Assembly: GCA_963720265.1 (NCBI GenBank)
Contig: CAVRET010000001.1
Span: forward strand, 197,916-261,915
Reading direction: 5' to 3'
Source: an uncultured bacterium
Lineage (GTDB): Bacteria; Patescibacteriota; Saccharimonadia; UBA4664
Length of the DNA stretch: 64,000 nt
The position numbers and the translations under genes are program-made. Below, piece by piece: positions 18,908 through 28,212 of the stretch (positions are counted from its first letter, which is position 1; every line of letters begins with the position of its first letter). The notes under the pieces were generated by a model that saw only the letters and a program-made list of their open reading frames with translations, did not search any database and had not been told where the DNA came from.

Positions 18908-19819
18908 CTATGATGGGAGCTGGCGCAAATCAAGTACATTGGCTCCCCTCAGGCCGGGAGTCGGCGTGGATGAAGCGGTTCGCAGGTCGACCGTAGCTGG
19001 GCGCAGGGGCTGTCGCAGAGGCCGCGGTTTGGGGGTCGGGATTGTGGTTGGTGTCTGCGAGGTCGGCATCGGGGGTGCTGCTTCGGGCATGGCGGCCGCC
19101 GCTTGTTTGAGATTTGCTCGTGCCCGGCGGTGGTGCGCGGCTACGACTAGCCATAATGAGATTTCGTAGAGCAGTACAACCGGCAGCGCGAGCATGATTT
19201 GCGAAACCGGATCAGGCGCGATCGGCAAAATGAGCGCGGCCGCAAACGCGCCCACAATCATCCACTTACGGAAGCGTTTGAGCGTCTGAGGGGGGATTGG
19301 CCTGATGTGATCAATGAACAGCAACACGAGCGGCAGTTGGAAAATGACGGCAAATACGGCCAGATAATTCATCACGAACGTGAGATACGAGTCGGCTGCG
19401 ATGAGCGGGTGCAAATGTTGGATCGCGATGCCTGATAAAAATCGCAATACTACCGGCAGCGAAACGTAATAGGCAAAGGCCGCGCCGCCGACTGCCAACG
19501 CACACGAAGCTAACACAAACCCGGCCACCTGCCGAGCTGACATTGGCTTTGGCAGAGCGGGTCGCACAAATGCCACTAAGTTGTATATGAGAACCGGAAT
19601 GGCCGGCAACAAGCCCACAAGCAAACAGGCCTGCATTAGGAAATTGAACGCGCCCATCACCTGGCTGTAATACAGCGTGCCGTGGAGCGGCGCTTGCAGC
19701 CAGGTCAGCACCTGATTGCGAATGAGATAGCCGAAGCAGGCGCCGGCAAAGAGAACGGCCGCCGACACCATGAGGCGGCGACGCAGCTCATGCACATGCT
19801 CCATGAACGGCTGGTTCAT
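18908..19819 (-). CDS. tatC: Twin-arginine translocase subunit TatC, with a Pro-rich C-terminal tail.
   Basis: MNQPFMEHVHELRRRL... and six TM segments typical of TatC. Confidence 0.9.
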   Translation of the reverse strand: MNQPFMEHVHELRRRLMVSAAVLFAGACFGYLIRNQVLTWLQAPLHGTLYYSQVMGAFNFLMQACLLVGLLPAIPVLIYNLVAFVRPALPKPMSARQVAGFVLASCALAVGGAAFAYYVSLPVVLRFLSGIAIQHLHPLIAADSYLTFVMNYLAVFAVIFQLPLVLLFIDHIRPIPPQTLKRFRKWMIVGAFAAALILPIAPDPVSQIMLALPVVLLYEISLWLVVAAHHRRARANLKQAAAAMPEAAPPMPTSQTPTTIPTPKPRPLRQPLRPATVDLRTASSTPTPGLRGANVLDLRQLPS

Positions 19820-19837
19820 TCGCGACTCGTTTGCTTG

Positions 19838-20008
19838 TTACGCGGTCTTGTCGGTTTCTTTGACGTCTGAGACTTCGCCGTTGAAGCCCTTGCGCACTTC
19901 ACGGACGCTGAGCCCGATGCTACGCGCCAGTTCGGGCAGCTTCTTGCCGCCGAACAGCACCAGGACGATCACCAAAACGATGAGCAATTCCTCGGTCTTA
20001 CCAAACAT
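19838..20008 (-). CDS. tatA: Twin-arginine translocase subunit TatA (56 aa). Not in the ORF track because it is shorter than 60 aa.
   Basis: My own translation gives MFGKTEELLIVLVIVLVLFGGKKLPELARSIGLSVREVRKGFNGEVSDVKETDKTA: a TM helix, the FG hinge and an amphipathic helix, 19 nt upstream of tatC. Confidence 0.8.
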   Translation of the reverse strand: MFGKTEELLIVLVIVLVLFGGKKLPELARSIGLSVREVRKGFNGEVSDVKETDKTA

Positions 20009-20028
20009 AAACCCCTCACATTTATTGG

Positions 20029-20313
20029 TTGTATGTTACCATAAGCTTAATGGTTAATTCAATGATGCACGTGTTGGTGGTATCAGGCCTGCATTTGGCG
20101 TCAACCTTTAATTCCGGCGCCTATGGGGCCGGCGTGTACAACGGCTCGGCATCCAGTAGTACAAGCAATCCGCTCGTGTCGATTGGACCGCTGTCATTGC
20201 CCGACACCGGCGCAGGCTGGTCAGTGCTGTTGGGGGCGGCGGCGTTGGCAGTGGCCGGTGGCTTAGTGGTGTGGCTACGGGGTCGGCACAGGGCAGTCGA
20301 GCCCACAGCCTAG
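20029..20313 (+). CDS. Very small LPXTG-type sortase substrate (about 87-94 aa; mature portion roughly 30-40 aa).
   Basis: The C-terminus has LPDTG, then a hydrophobic stretch (AGWSVLLGAAALAVAGGLVVWL) and a basic tail (RGRHR), which is the full tripartite sorting signal. A signal-peptide-like N-terminus is present. The likely ATG is at 20050. Confidence 0.45.
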   Translation: MYVTISLMVNSMMHVLVVSGLHLASTFNSGAYGAGVYNGSASSSTSNPLVSIGPLSLPDTGAGWSVLLGAAALAVAGGLVVWLRGRHRAVEPTA

Positions 20314-20400
20314 ATGGAGAGCGGCATGGTTGTGAAAAATTGGCTGGCTTATTATAGTTTTAAGCATAATCACTATTGGGACGGAGAGGTTAGCTAGGCG

Positions 20401-21060
20401 ATGGCGCGCTTACCAACACCGGGCGGAGATGACGGCGATTGGGGTGATATTCTCAACACCTATCTCGAGGTCTCGCACAACGGCGACGGTACTTTGCAGG
20501 GGGCGGCGGTTCAGCAGGCCGGTGGTGTAACTTCGGTTAACGGTAAGAATCCCAGTGGCGGCGCGGTAACGCTGGTAGCGGCTGACGTCGGCGCGGCGAC
20601 GCTCGATAGCACCGCGTCTGACATTCAAGCTCTTGGTTCGCAGGCGGTCGGCTCAATCGGCAAAGCGGCTGATGCCGGTCACGTGCACCCAACTACGGGT
20701 GTAGCGATGCTGAACGGCGCTACGTTTACCGATTATGTGGCCCCGGCTGTGGTGGCGCTGACGTTCGGTGGCTCGATCGCGGTGAACGCGGCGCAGGGTA
20801 ACGTGTTTGCCGTTACGATTACGTCAAGTTCCGGTATGCTGGCCAACCCGTCAAACGCGGTAGATGGGCAATCGATTCGTGTGCGGGTGGTTCAGGACGG
20901 TACCGGTGGCCGCACACTCGCCTACGGCAATGCCTACGATTTTGGCGCGGCCGGGCAGCCTACGCTCAGCACGAGCGCAAATAAGGTGGATATCCTTGGT
21001 TTTGAATATGTGGCGTCGTTATCGAAGTGGTGTTACTTGGGGTCGGGTCTCGGCTTCTAG
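20401..21060 (+). CDS. Hypothetical Gly/Ala-rich protein, possibly related to phage tail-fibre or minor-tail proteins.
   Basis: N-terminal LPTPGGDDGDWGDILNTYLEVSHNGDGTLQ resembles a conserved N-terminal motif I associate with actinophage tail-fibre proteins. This rests on recollection only. Confidence 0.45.
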   Translation: MARLPTPGGDDGDWGDILNTYLEVSHNGDGTLQGAAVQQAGGVTSVNGKNPSGGAVTLVAADVGAATLDSTASDIQALGSQAVGSIGKAADAGHVHPTTGVAMLNGATFTDYVAPAVVALTFGGSIAVNAAQGNVFAVTITSSSGMLANPSNAVDGQSIRVRVVQDGTGGRTLAYGNAYDFGAAGQPTLSTSANKVDILGFEYVASLSKWCYLGSGLGF

Positions 21061-21180
21061 CCTTTTTGCAAAATTTGTTACCTGATGATAGAATCGCCGG
21101 TACGTATAGGGAGGGTGCCGGCGTTTTAGTGCCGGTACTTTTCTTTACTGAACATTCCAAAGCGAAGGTGAGGTGAGACG

Positions 21181-22431
21181 ATGGGCCCCGGTGACTACGA
21201 AGGATCCCCGACTTGCTGCTGGGCAATTCTAGATAGATGGGAGCTGCACCGCGAAGGCGATGTGGAGAATTATCTCGCTCAATTCGGCCTACGGCCGGGC
21301 CAGGCGGTTCCAGAGGAATACAGGGCTGGCCTGGTGTTGGCGCTCGAAGCCGTCGACCTTGAATTCCGGACGCTTTTGGACCTACATCGCGCTAGCGATC
21401 GGCACGAAAAGTCCGGCAAATCTCGTACTTCGACTGAGCCCGACTATGGTTCAGCCACAGGCGGAGGACGGTCTTGGGTACGCCACAGGCGCCGCCGTCC
21501 AGCGGAACGAGTCGGGCGGCCGCGTCGTAGGCATGCGCCGCGTGTCCGGGCTACACCACATCCAGTCAGGCCGATGGCCCAGCCGAGGGTATGGCCGGCA
21601 CCAAGTGCCGGCGGCCCGTCTCGCCGTTCCCGCTGCCGGCACCTGCGACTCCCGAGGCTGCAGTGGCTGCTGGCCGTCGCAGTTGTGTTTCTCGGCGGAT
21701 ACGTCATGGTTGTGTACGGTCCGGCCGGCCGAGCATCGTGGGGTCCGGTGGAAACCAGTGTTCACGGTGTCATGAAGTATGCCTGCGAAAACGTAAATGT
21801 GGAGCAGGAGCCCAACCAGGTCAATTTCGCCTGCAGTCCGGCCGGACAGCAACTGCTGGCAGTGATTGCGCTGGTCATGGGGCACGATAACCAGAATTAC
21901 ACCGACAACCGGACGGACGGACGGCAGGGGCTCGAACCAATTAGCCCTGGCCAGGGAGGTACGATCGAGTGGGCGCTCGACCTCCCAACGTATTACCAGC
22001 CTGATAACGCCGTCCAAAGCGTTCAGGTTGCCGCCCGAGCGATCAACACGATTCTTGGCGGCACTTCGGTGACGGACGCGAAGACCGGCAAGACCGTGGC
22101 GCAGTCAGGGCTCGAGAGTAACGCACAGAACTGTCTCCGCTACACCGGTGAGCCGCTCCTGGTGGCACACCTGATGAAAGTGGTTAGCAAGAACGGCCAG
22201 ACGGCGGAGCAACAAGACCCCAGCTGGCCGGTGGTCTGTGCAGGTTCAATCACTACTGCTAGTGAGCAGGCGGCGGTTGCACGGGACGTGTTCAAGCAAT
22301 GGGATACCGGCGCCCCCGCGGGCCTGGTTGATCAGGTAGTGGCGTTCTTCGAGAACTGGAGCCCGAGCAACCCGGCTATCCAGCAGTTCGTTAAGCAGAA
22401 CAACCTGCAGGGTGTTCTGGCGGAGTCGTGA
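21181..22431 (+). CDS. Hypothetical membrane-anchored extracytoplasmic protein. The start is uncertain.
   Basis: An Arg-rich N-terminal region, then a TM helix (LLAVAVVFLGGYVMVVYG), then a roughly 250-aa extracellular domain with paired Cys. The Arg-rich extension may be untranslated. Confidence 0.4.
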   Translation: MGPGDYEGSPTCCWAILDRWELHREGDVENYLAQFGLRPGQAVPEEYRAGLVLALEAVDLEFRTLLDLHRASDRHEKSGKSRTSTEPDYGSATGGGRSWVRHRRRRPAERVGRPRRRHAPRVRATPHPVRPMAQPRVWPAPSAGGPSRRSRCRHLRLPRLQWLLAVAVVFLGGYVMVVYGPAGRASWGPVETSVHGVMKYACENVNVEQEPNQVNFACSPAGQQLLAVIALVMGHDNQNYTDNRTDGRQGLEPISPGQGGTIEWALDLPTYYQPDNAVQSVQVAARAINTILGGTSVTDAKTGKTVAQSGLESNAQNCLRYTGEPLLVAHLMKVVSKNGQTAEQQDPSWPVVCAGSITTASEQAAVARDVFKQWDTGAPAGLVDQVVAFFENWSPSNPAIQQFVKQNNLQGVLAES

Positions 22432-22443
22432 TAGCGCGATGTG

Positions 22444-22483
22444 GCGGCCCGGCGCTTCAGGGAAACCTGAGGGGCCGGGCCGC
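22444..22483 (+). terminator. GC-rich hairpin (9-bp perfect stem, gcggcccgg/ccgggccgc) 12 nt after the stop of 21181-22431. No U-tract.
   Basis: Read directly from the sequence. Terminators without a U-tract are common in high-GC Gram-positive bacteria. Confidence 0.35.
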
Positions 22484-22494
22484 TCGACCCGTAT

Positions 22495-22534
22495 GGATTA
22501 ATCCGTATAATAGTGCTTAGGGTTAATTAAGCAC
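22495..22534 (+). promoter_or_regulatory. Promoter and operator region of the esterase gene.
   Basis: Perfect 10-bp palindrome GGATTAATCC, then TATAAT (22506-22511), then a 7-bp inverted repeat GTGCTTA-N8-TAAGCAC across the expected transcription start. The TTG start lies at 22541. Confidence 0.3.
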
Positions 22535-22540
22535 ATTCTC

Positions 22541-23941
22541 TTGGATCTCAACCTCTTCAGTCCGACGCTGGCATTTTTGCTATGCGCCGGCATTACCGCT
22601 CTGGCGACATATTTATTTGCGCAATTTGATGCGCGCTGGTACCATCGGTTTTTCCCGTTTGTGGTGTTGGCTGCGTTTGTGCTGGCGGCCGGGTTGCAGT
22701 ATGCGGCCGGCAAGTTGGCGTTTGCAGCTGATGAATTGCCATCAGAGTTGTGGCTTATGCTCACTCCTTTCACCGGTAGCGTGAGCTTGCTGGTTGGCTT
22801 GGTAGTACTGCAGCTGCATAAACAGCCGGGTAAGTACAAGAAGCGCAAGCCGCGCAAGCCAAAAGTCCCGGCAAGGCCGTGGCTGGGCATTGTGCGAACG
22901 TACGTGCCGGCCAGCTTGCTTGTGGTGGGGTCGTTCGCGTTTTCGTTTATCCTGGTCAATAACTACTACCAATACTACCCTAGCCTCTCGAGTCTCGTAG
23001 GCGACAACCGGCTGCTCGCACAAGGCGCCAACCACGTGGATTTGCAATACTCAACGGCTCACGTGGCTGTAGCTCAAAACTCAATTGAAGGCTCGCTTTC
23101 GAGTACGGTTACACAAACGCAAGGCCGGGTTCTGCCGGTAACCATTCCGGGCACGCTATCACATTTTGCCGCCCGGCAGGGCTATGTATACGAGCCGCCG
23201 ATCGCTGTGGCGCGCAGCTACATCCAGCTGCCGGTGTTAGTGCTTTTGGCCGGGGTGCCCGGGAACCCGGGGAATTGGCTGAACGGCGGTAATGTCGCGG
23301 CTACGCTGAACGCGTTTGCCAAACAGCATAACGGCATTGCTCCGTTGGTGTTTATGGTTGATGATACCGGCACATTTACGAACGACACTGAGTGCGTGAA
23401 CAGCCCCCGCGGCAACGTTGAGACCTACCTGACTGAGGACGTGCCGAATTATATTAAAGCTAACTACAATGCGTCCCGTGATCCGTCGCACTGGGCCATT
23501 GGTGGTTTAAGCATGGGCGGCACGTGCGGCGTGATGCTAACACTGAGGCATCCGAATGTATATCACTACTTTCTTGATTTTGGTGGTGACTTGGATATTA
23601 ATATCGGCACCGAATCCGGCACAATTGCCAAATTGTTCGGAGGCTCGAAGGATGAATGGGCGGCGCATCAGCCCCGGCTGCTACTGGCCGCGGCTGATGC
23701 TAAGCACAAATATCAGGGTGTCGGCGGCTATTTTGCGGTCGGCCGCGACGATTCTTTGAGCGTAACCGTTGCGGTGAAGCAATTATATCTGGACTCGCGC
23801 AAGGACAACCTTGATGTGGCGTATGAAGCAACCTCCGGGCAGCATACTTTTGCGGTGTGGCAACAAAACTTCAGCGACGCTTTGCCGTGGTTGTCCAACC
23901 GCCTGGGCGCGACCGAGTGCACGGCGGGCTGCTCGAATTAG
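22541..23941 (+). CDS. Esterase-family alpha/beta hydrolase (antigen-85 / esterase D-like, PF00756-type) with an N-terminal polytopic membrane domain.
   Basis: GGLSMGGTCGVMLTLRHP nucleophile motif, and about four N-terminal TM helices. Confidence 0.7.
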   Translation: MDLNLFSPTLAFLLCAGITALATYLFAQFDARWYHRFFPFVVLAAFVLAAGLQYAAGKLAFAADELPSELWLMLTPFTGSVSLLVGLVVLQLHKQPGKYKKRKPRKPKVPARPWLGIVRTYVPASLLVVGSFAFSFILVNNYYQYYPSLSSLVGDNRLLAQGANHVDLQYSTAHVAVAQNSIEGSLSSTVTQTQGRVLPVTIPGTLSHFAARQGYVYEPPIAVARSYIQLPVLVLLAGVPGNPGNWLNGGNVAATLNAFAKQHNGIAPLVFMVDDTGTFTNDTECVNSPRGNVETYLTEDVPNYIKANYNASRDPSHWAIGGLSMGGTCGVMLTLRHPNVYHYFLDFGGDLDINIGTESGTIAKLFGGSKDEWAAHQPRLLLAAADAKHKYQGVGGYFAVGRDDSLSVTVAVKQLYLDSRKDNLDVAYEATSGQHTFAVWQQNFSDALPWLSNRLGATECTAGCSN

Positions 23942-23956
23942 TCCCATAGTTCTTAG

Positions 23957-24571
23957 TTACTTACAGGTGATGGCGGCTGATTGCGCGTGCGTGATGTTAT
24001 ATATATCAACGTGATAATGCGGCGCCGGGTAGCCGGCGTGGCCTTGTGAGAGCAAGCCGACATCAATGTGGTCGTAACTTCGGCCATAGAGCGGCAGATT
24101 AATATAGCTCTTGCCGTCTTGGATGTCGTTGATGCCAATCATATATTCAAGACCAATCACTTTGCCTTTGTAGACGTTAAACACTGGACCGTGGGGAATA
24201 TCGGACGGGAGCACATATTGCGTGCCGCGGCCGACCGAGCACTGGGAAATAATTGTGGCACCTTGTGGGACCTGGAGTGGGGCGTTGGCAGCAACTGCCA
24301 TCGGCCTGGCAGTGCTGGTGGCCCGGCCATCTCGGTAGCCGAGCCAATAGCTTCCGGCGCCGGTCAGGCCAAGCACCACAACGGCAGCGACAGCGAGCTC
24401 GATTTTGAGCCAGATCGAGCGACGGCGGGGCGGTGCTGTGTTGTCTGCCGGTGCCGGACTGTCCGGTGTTGTGGGCGGATAGGTAATCTCAACGCTCGCC
24501 GGCTCGCGTGTCGGCTGTTCGGGCGTGGCGCTTGGATTCGCTTCGTTGGCCTGGGTAGTTGTTTCAGTCAT
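23957..24571 (-). CDS. Hypothetical membrane-anchored protein.
   Basis: Pro-rich N-terminus, a single TM helix (LAVAAVVVLGLTGAGSYWL), and a roughly 110-aa extracytoplasmic domain. Confidence 0.45.
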   Translation of the reverse strand: MTETTTQANEANPSATPEQPTREPASVEITYPPTTPDSPAPADNTAPPRRRSIWLKIELAVAAVVVLGLTGAGSYWLGYRDGRATSTARPMAVAANAPLQVPQGATIISQCSVGRGTQYVLPSDIPHGPVFNVYKGKVIGLEYMIGINDIQDGKSYINLPLYGRSYDHIDVGLLSQGHAGYPAPHYHVDIYNITHAQSAAITCK

Positions 24572-24648
24572 TTCCTTATAAGCTTAACCGCATTGCAGTA
24601 ACAGCGTCAATTTGTTCCGACTCGGTGGCAGCGGTATGATATTGCATA

Positions 24649-26490
24649 ATGGTTAAGCTTACCGTTCGCAGGCGTATTGTTTTGCTGATGCTCATGGTAT
24701 CGCTGATACCACTCGCGTTGGCCAATGCGATTTGGCTGCTGTCGAGTCAGGCTGAACTGCGTGCTGCAGCGGCGGCCCAGCAAAAACTGTTGGTAAAAAG
24801 CTCGGCTGATGCAGTCGACTATTTTATTGATGATAAGATCGACGCTGCTATTATTCATTCGCAAACCGCAGGCGTGCAGACGTTTCAGCTAGCCGAGGCA
24901 CAGATCGAACTACAGGCCTACCTGAAACAGGACGCTGATCTCACCCAGATATCGCTGGTAGACGCGCAGGGCAAACAGCGGCTCCTGGTGAGCCGAAGTG
25001 GTACGTCTACTGCGGTCACAGACGTGTCGTCTGATCCGGCGTTTCGGGTGGTAACGTTTTTGGGCGGAGAAGATTACATTGGTCCGGTAACGTTTGACGC
25101 CCAGCACAACGCCTACGTTACCATTGCCGTGCCACTGCTCAATTACACCACGACCCAGGCCGGCACATATCTTTCGACATCAGAGCCGGGCGTGATTTTG
25201 GCCCCGTCTCAAATTAAGGGCGCACTGATTATGAATGTAGCCCTGAAGAGCCTGTGGAACTCGGTACTGGCTGATGAGCTGGGCGGTTCAGGCTACGCCT
25301 ACATTGTGGATCATCAGGGCAACCTCGTCGCTTACCCCAATGCGACTTTTGGGGAGAAGCACTCCAATTTGTCGGATGTAGCCGAAGTAAAGGCTGCCTT
25401 GGCGCAAACGCAGGTGCCGGGAGGGGCCGTGTCTGCGCCCGATCCGCATCAGACCGTGTCCGAAACTGGGCAGCAGGTACTAAGTAGCCACTATCCGGTG
25501 GCCCGGACCGATTGGGTGGTAGTGGCCGAGGAGCCGATTAGCAGCGTGTATGCTCCGGTGCGCAATGATGAATTGGTGGCAGCCGGATTCTTTGCGCTGT
25601 CGGCGTTGGTGGGCTTGGGGCTGATCATACTGACCGCGCGGGGTTTGCTGAGGCCGATCCGAGTATTGAGCGAGGGTGCGGACCAGCTGGCTGGCGGCAA
25701 TTTGGGGGCACGGATTAGTCTGCCCCGCCAGGACGAATTTGGGCTGCTGGCGCGGACGTTTAACAACATGGCGGCTAAAATAAGCGCCGATATCGCTCAG
25801 CTGCAGGGTGTGGACCAGCTCAAAAACGAGTTTATAACCATTGCTTCGCATCATTTGCGCACGCCGCTAACGGTTATCAACGGCTATCTTGAGATTATGC
25901 GGGACCAAGATGCGTCCGAGGATACCCGCAAAATGCTTGGCATTATGGCTGACAGCGCCAGAGAGTTGTCCCGGTTTAGTTCCGATATGCTCACGATTTC
26001 AACCATCGAAGCCGGTTATGCCAATCTCGACATTACCGACATTACCGTGCAAAAACTGCTGGCGCCGGTGCGCGCTGTCTATACCGAGCGAGCGCAGCAG
26101 AACGGAATTAACTTGGTATGGTCGGTGGCCGAGCCGCACACGAATATGCGCCTGTCACCCGTGCACATTCGCAGTGTGCTCGCGAATTTGCTGTCAAATG
26201 CGCTTGAGTATACGCCGACGGGCGGCCGGGTTGATCTTGAAATAGCGGTACGGCCGGATTCTTACGTTATGACCGTGCGCGACACCGGGATTGGTATAGA
26301 ACCTGCGCAGATGCAGCAGCTGTTTACCGTGTTTCATCGCGGGACCGGTATGCTGCGCTATGATCACCCGGGCCGCGGAATCGGATTGTATTTGACCCGG
26401 CTGGTGGTGGAGGCGCACCACGGTCGCATCACCGTGCGGAGCCAACGCGGGCATGGGGCGACCTTTATCATTACCTTGCCAAAGTTATGA
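24649..26490 (+). CDS. Sensor histidine kinase (periplasmic Cache-like sensor, HAMP, HisKA, HATPase). No cognate response regulator lies adjacent.
   Basis: HAMP region (LRPIRVLSEGADQLAGGNLGARI), H-box FITIASHHLRTPL, and the G1/G2 boxes DTGIGI...GRGIGL. Confidence 0.85.
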   Translation: MVKLTVRRRIVLLMLMVSLIPLALANAIWLLSSQAELRAAAAAQQKLLVKSSADAVDYFIDDKIDAAIIHSQTAGVQTFQLAEAQIELQAYLKQDADLTQISLVDAQGKQRLLVSRSGTSTAVTDVSSDPAFRVVTFLGGEDYIGPVTFDAQHNAYVTIAVPLLNYTTTQAGTYLSTSEPGVILAPSQIKGALIMNVALKSLWNSVLADELGGSGYAYIVDHQGNLVAYPNATFGEKHSNLSDVAEVKAALAQTQVPGGAVSAPDPHQTVSETGQQVLSSHYPVARTDWVVVAEEPISSVYAPVRNDELVAAGFFALSALVGLGLIILTARGLLRPIRVLSEGADQLAGGNLGARISLPRQDEFGLLARTFNNMAAKISADIAQLQGVDQLKNEFITIASHHLRTPLTVINGYLEIMRDQDASEDTRKMLGIMADSARELSRFSSDMLTISTIEAGYANLDITDITVQKLLAPVRAVYTERAQQNGINLVWSVAEPHTNMRLSPVHIRSVLANLLSNALEYTPTGGRVDLEIAVRPDSYVMTVRDTGIGIEPAQMQQLFTVFHRGTGMLRYDHPGRGIGLYLTRLVVEAHHGRITVRSQRGHGATFIITLPKL

Positions 26491-26551
26491 TTAGCCGGTG
26501 CCTCAACCGGTTGCGCGATCCAAGCCGACATGAAAGAGCAGAACTCTTAGC

Positions 26552-27127
26552 CTACATGCTCCCAGTGCCGTCGGCCCGGCTATCATGGATGACTTGTAAA
26601 ATCTTTTCGTGCAGGTCAGCCGGTTTGTGAACGCATTCGATAGCAAAATTCCCGACCCAGGTGTTCATTGAAATGTCACCATAGCCGAAAAGAGCGCCTT
26701 GCAGGCCTGGTACTTTGTAGTCAACTCCGTGCACGCTGCCATGAAAGACCACATTGACCTCACGGCGGAAGAACGATTTGAGCCGGATGCTCACGGTGCG
26801 CTCCCCTGTCACAATAAAAACGCTGTAATACCACAAGCTCCAGCGGTAAACCCAGTAGGCCAATACGACGAGCAGCGTATAGAGATCAATGCGGACAAAC
26901 AGACCGCTGAGACCGTTAACCTCGTATGAGAAGGGAAAGTCGAGGGGCAAAATAACTACCAGAAGCGCGAGCAGCCCCAGAATTAAGGCTTTGCGCATGA
27001 CCAACGGATGCTGACGGAAGACAAAACGGATGTCTTCGTCCTCGTGTTGGCCGGGAAAGGCCGGGTTCTGGGCGGCCGGCGCGGATTGTTGTTTGATAAC
27101 ATCTCTGGGATCTGGTGGCTGTGGCAT
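26552..27127 (-). CDS. Membrane protein with a bacterial PH-like (YdbS/YdbT, DUF304-like) domain.
   Basis: Two TM helices followed by a PH-like domain. Confidence 0.5.
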   Translation of the reverse strand: MPQPPDPRDVIKQQSAPAAQNPAFPGQHEDEDIRFVFRQHPLVMRKALILGLLALLVVILPLDFPFSYEVNGLSGLFVRIDLYTLLVVLAYWVYRWSLWYYSVFIVTGERTVSIRLKSFFRREVNVVFHGSVHGVDYKVPGLQGALFGYGDISMNTWVGNFAIECVHKPADLHEKILQVIHDSRADGTGSM

Positions 27128-27163
27128 AACGGTTTGGCTTTTGGTTAATAATGGAACTTGGGT

Positions 27164-28120
27164 TCAGGTTTGTCTAGCGACAGTTAGCGCAACATTGTGG
27201 GTCTGAGCACCACCGGCGTTCATGGCAGTGATGGCCAGGGGATACCGGCCTTCGGTGCCGGGTGCAGCTATGCCGGACAGGATGGCCTGGCCGTTGCCAT
27301 TGTCCGTGAGACTGAGGCCGGCTGGGAGTTTGCCGATAACGGATAGGGTTGAGGGCAACGGTGGGTTCATCACGGCAATGACGATGCTGCATGTCGCTCC
27401 CGGCACTGCAGTTACCGCTTGGCTGCCCGTGATTGCGGTCCGCTGGGTTGCTGGCAGGCCTAGGATTCTGCCATGGTGTCTGACATTCAAGTTAAACGAC
27501 TGGCCGCTTTCGGCATTGGCAAAGATCTGGTCGGCTGTACTTGGATAGGGATTCAGCCGGCGCATTGGGCTGAGCAGACTAAATGCGGTTAGTATCAGGT
27601 CTTGCGCTAAGTAGTAAATCGGGAAGATAAAGGCCGTGGGGTCACTGAAGTTTGCAACCATCAGAATAAGAGCTTCGGCCGGCATGTAAAGCGCGTACGT
27701 GACCCACTTTTCTTCATATGGGCGGGCCCAGCTGTGGACGAAGGTGGGAATCGTACCGATAAACTGGACCAATACTGCAATGAACACGGTTAGTACCGGA
27801 TCGTTGGCAATAAACAAGATGCAAACACAGCCGAGCGCACCAATGAGACAACCGGCGTCGAGAGCGCTAACGCTGCGGTCGCCGTTGCGCAAGCCGAGCA
27901 ACACCACCCATTCGGCCTCGAATCCGGTGGCGAGCGCGAAGGCCGCAGCCGGGATCTGGTGGTTGATAAACGATGCCGAAGCGCTGATGAATGACAGCAG
28001 CGACCACACAAACCAGGTGGCGAGGCGCGGTTTGACGTTGCCGTTGGCAATTTCCACGAGGTAGGGAATGGCGGCAACGACGGTAATCAGAATCGCCAGA
28101 ATGATAACGATGTTTTGCAT
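27164..28120 (-). CDS. Polytopic membrane protein with a C-terminal Ig-like / putative-Ig extracellular domain.
   Basis: At least six TM helices. The C-terminal segment is ...PGATCSIVIAVMNPPLPSTLSVIGKLPAGLSLTDNGNGQAILSGIAAPGTEGRYPLAITAMNAGG. Confidence 0.45.
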   Translation of the reverse strand: MQNIVIILAILITVVAAIPYLVEIANGNVKPRLATWFVWSLLSFISASASFINHQIPAAAFALATGFEAEWVVLLGLRNGDRSVSALDAGCLIGALGCVCILFIANDPVLTVFIAVLVQFIGTIPTFVHSWARPYEEKWVTYALYMPAEALILMVANFSDPTAFIFPIYYLAQDLILTAFSLLSPMRRLNPYPSTADQIFANAESGQSFNLNVRHHGRILGLPATQRTAITGSQAVTAVPGATCSIVIAVMNPPLPSTLSVIGKLPAGLSLTDNGNGQAILSGIAAPGTEGRYPLAITAMNAGGAQTHNVALTVARQT

Positions 28121-28212
28121 TAGATATATTGTACAAGACGCTTATGGTTGGGAACGAGAGGCGGGCCAGGGCATGTCGCCTCGGCCCGCCGCCCGCATGT
28201 AACGTTGTTTCC

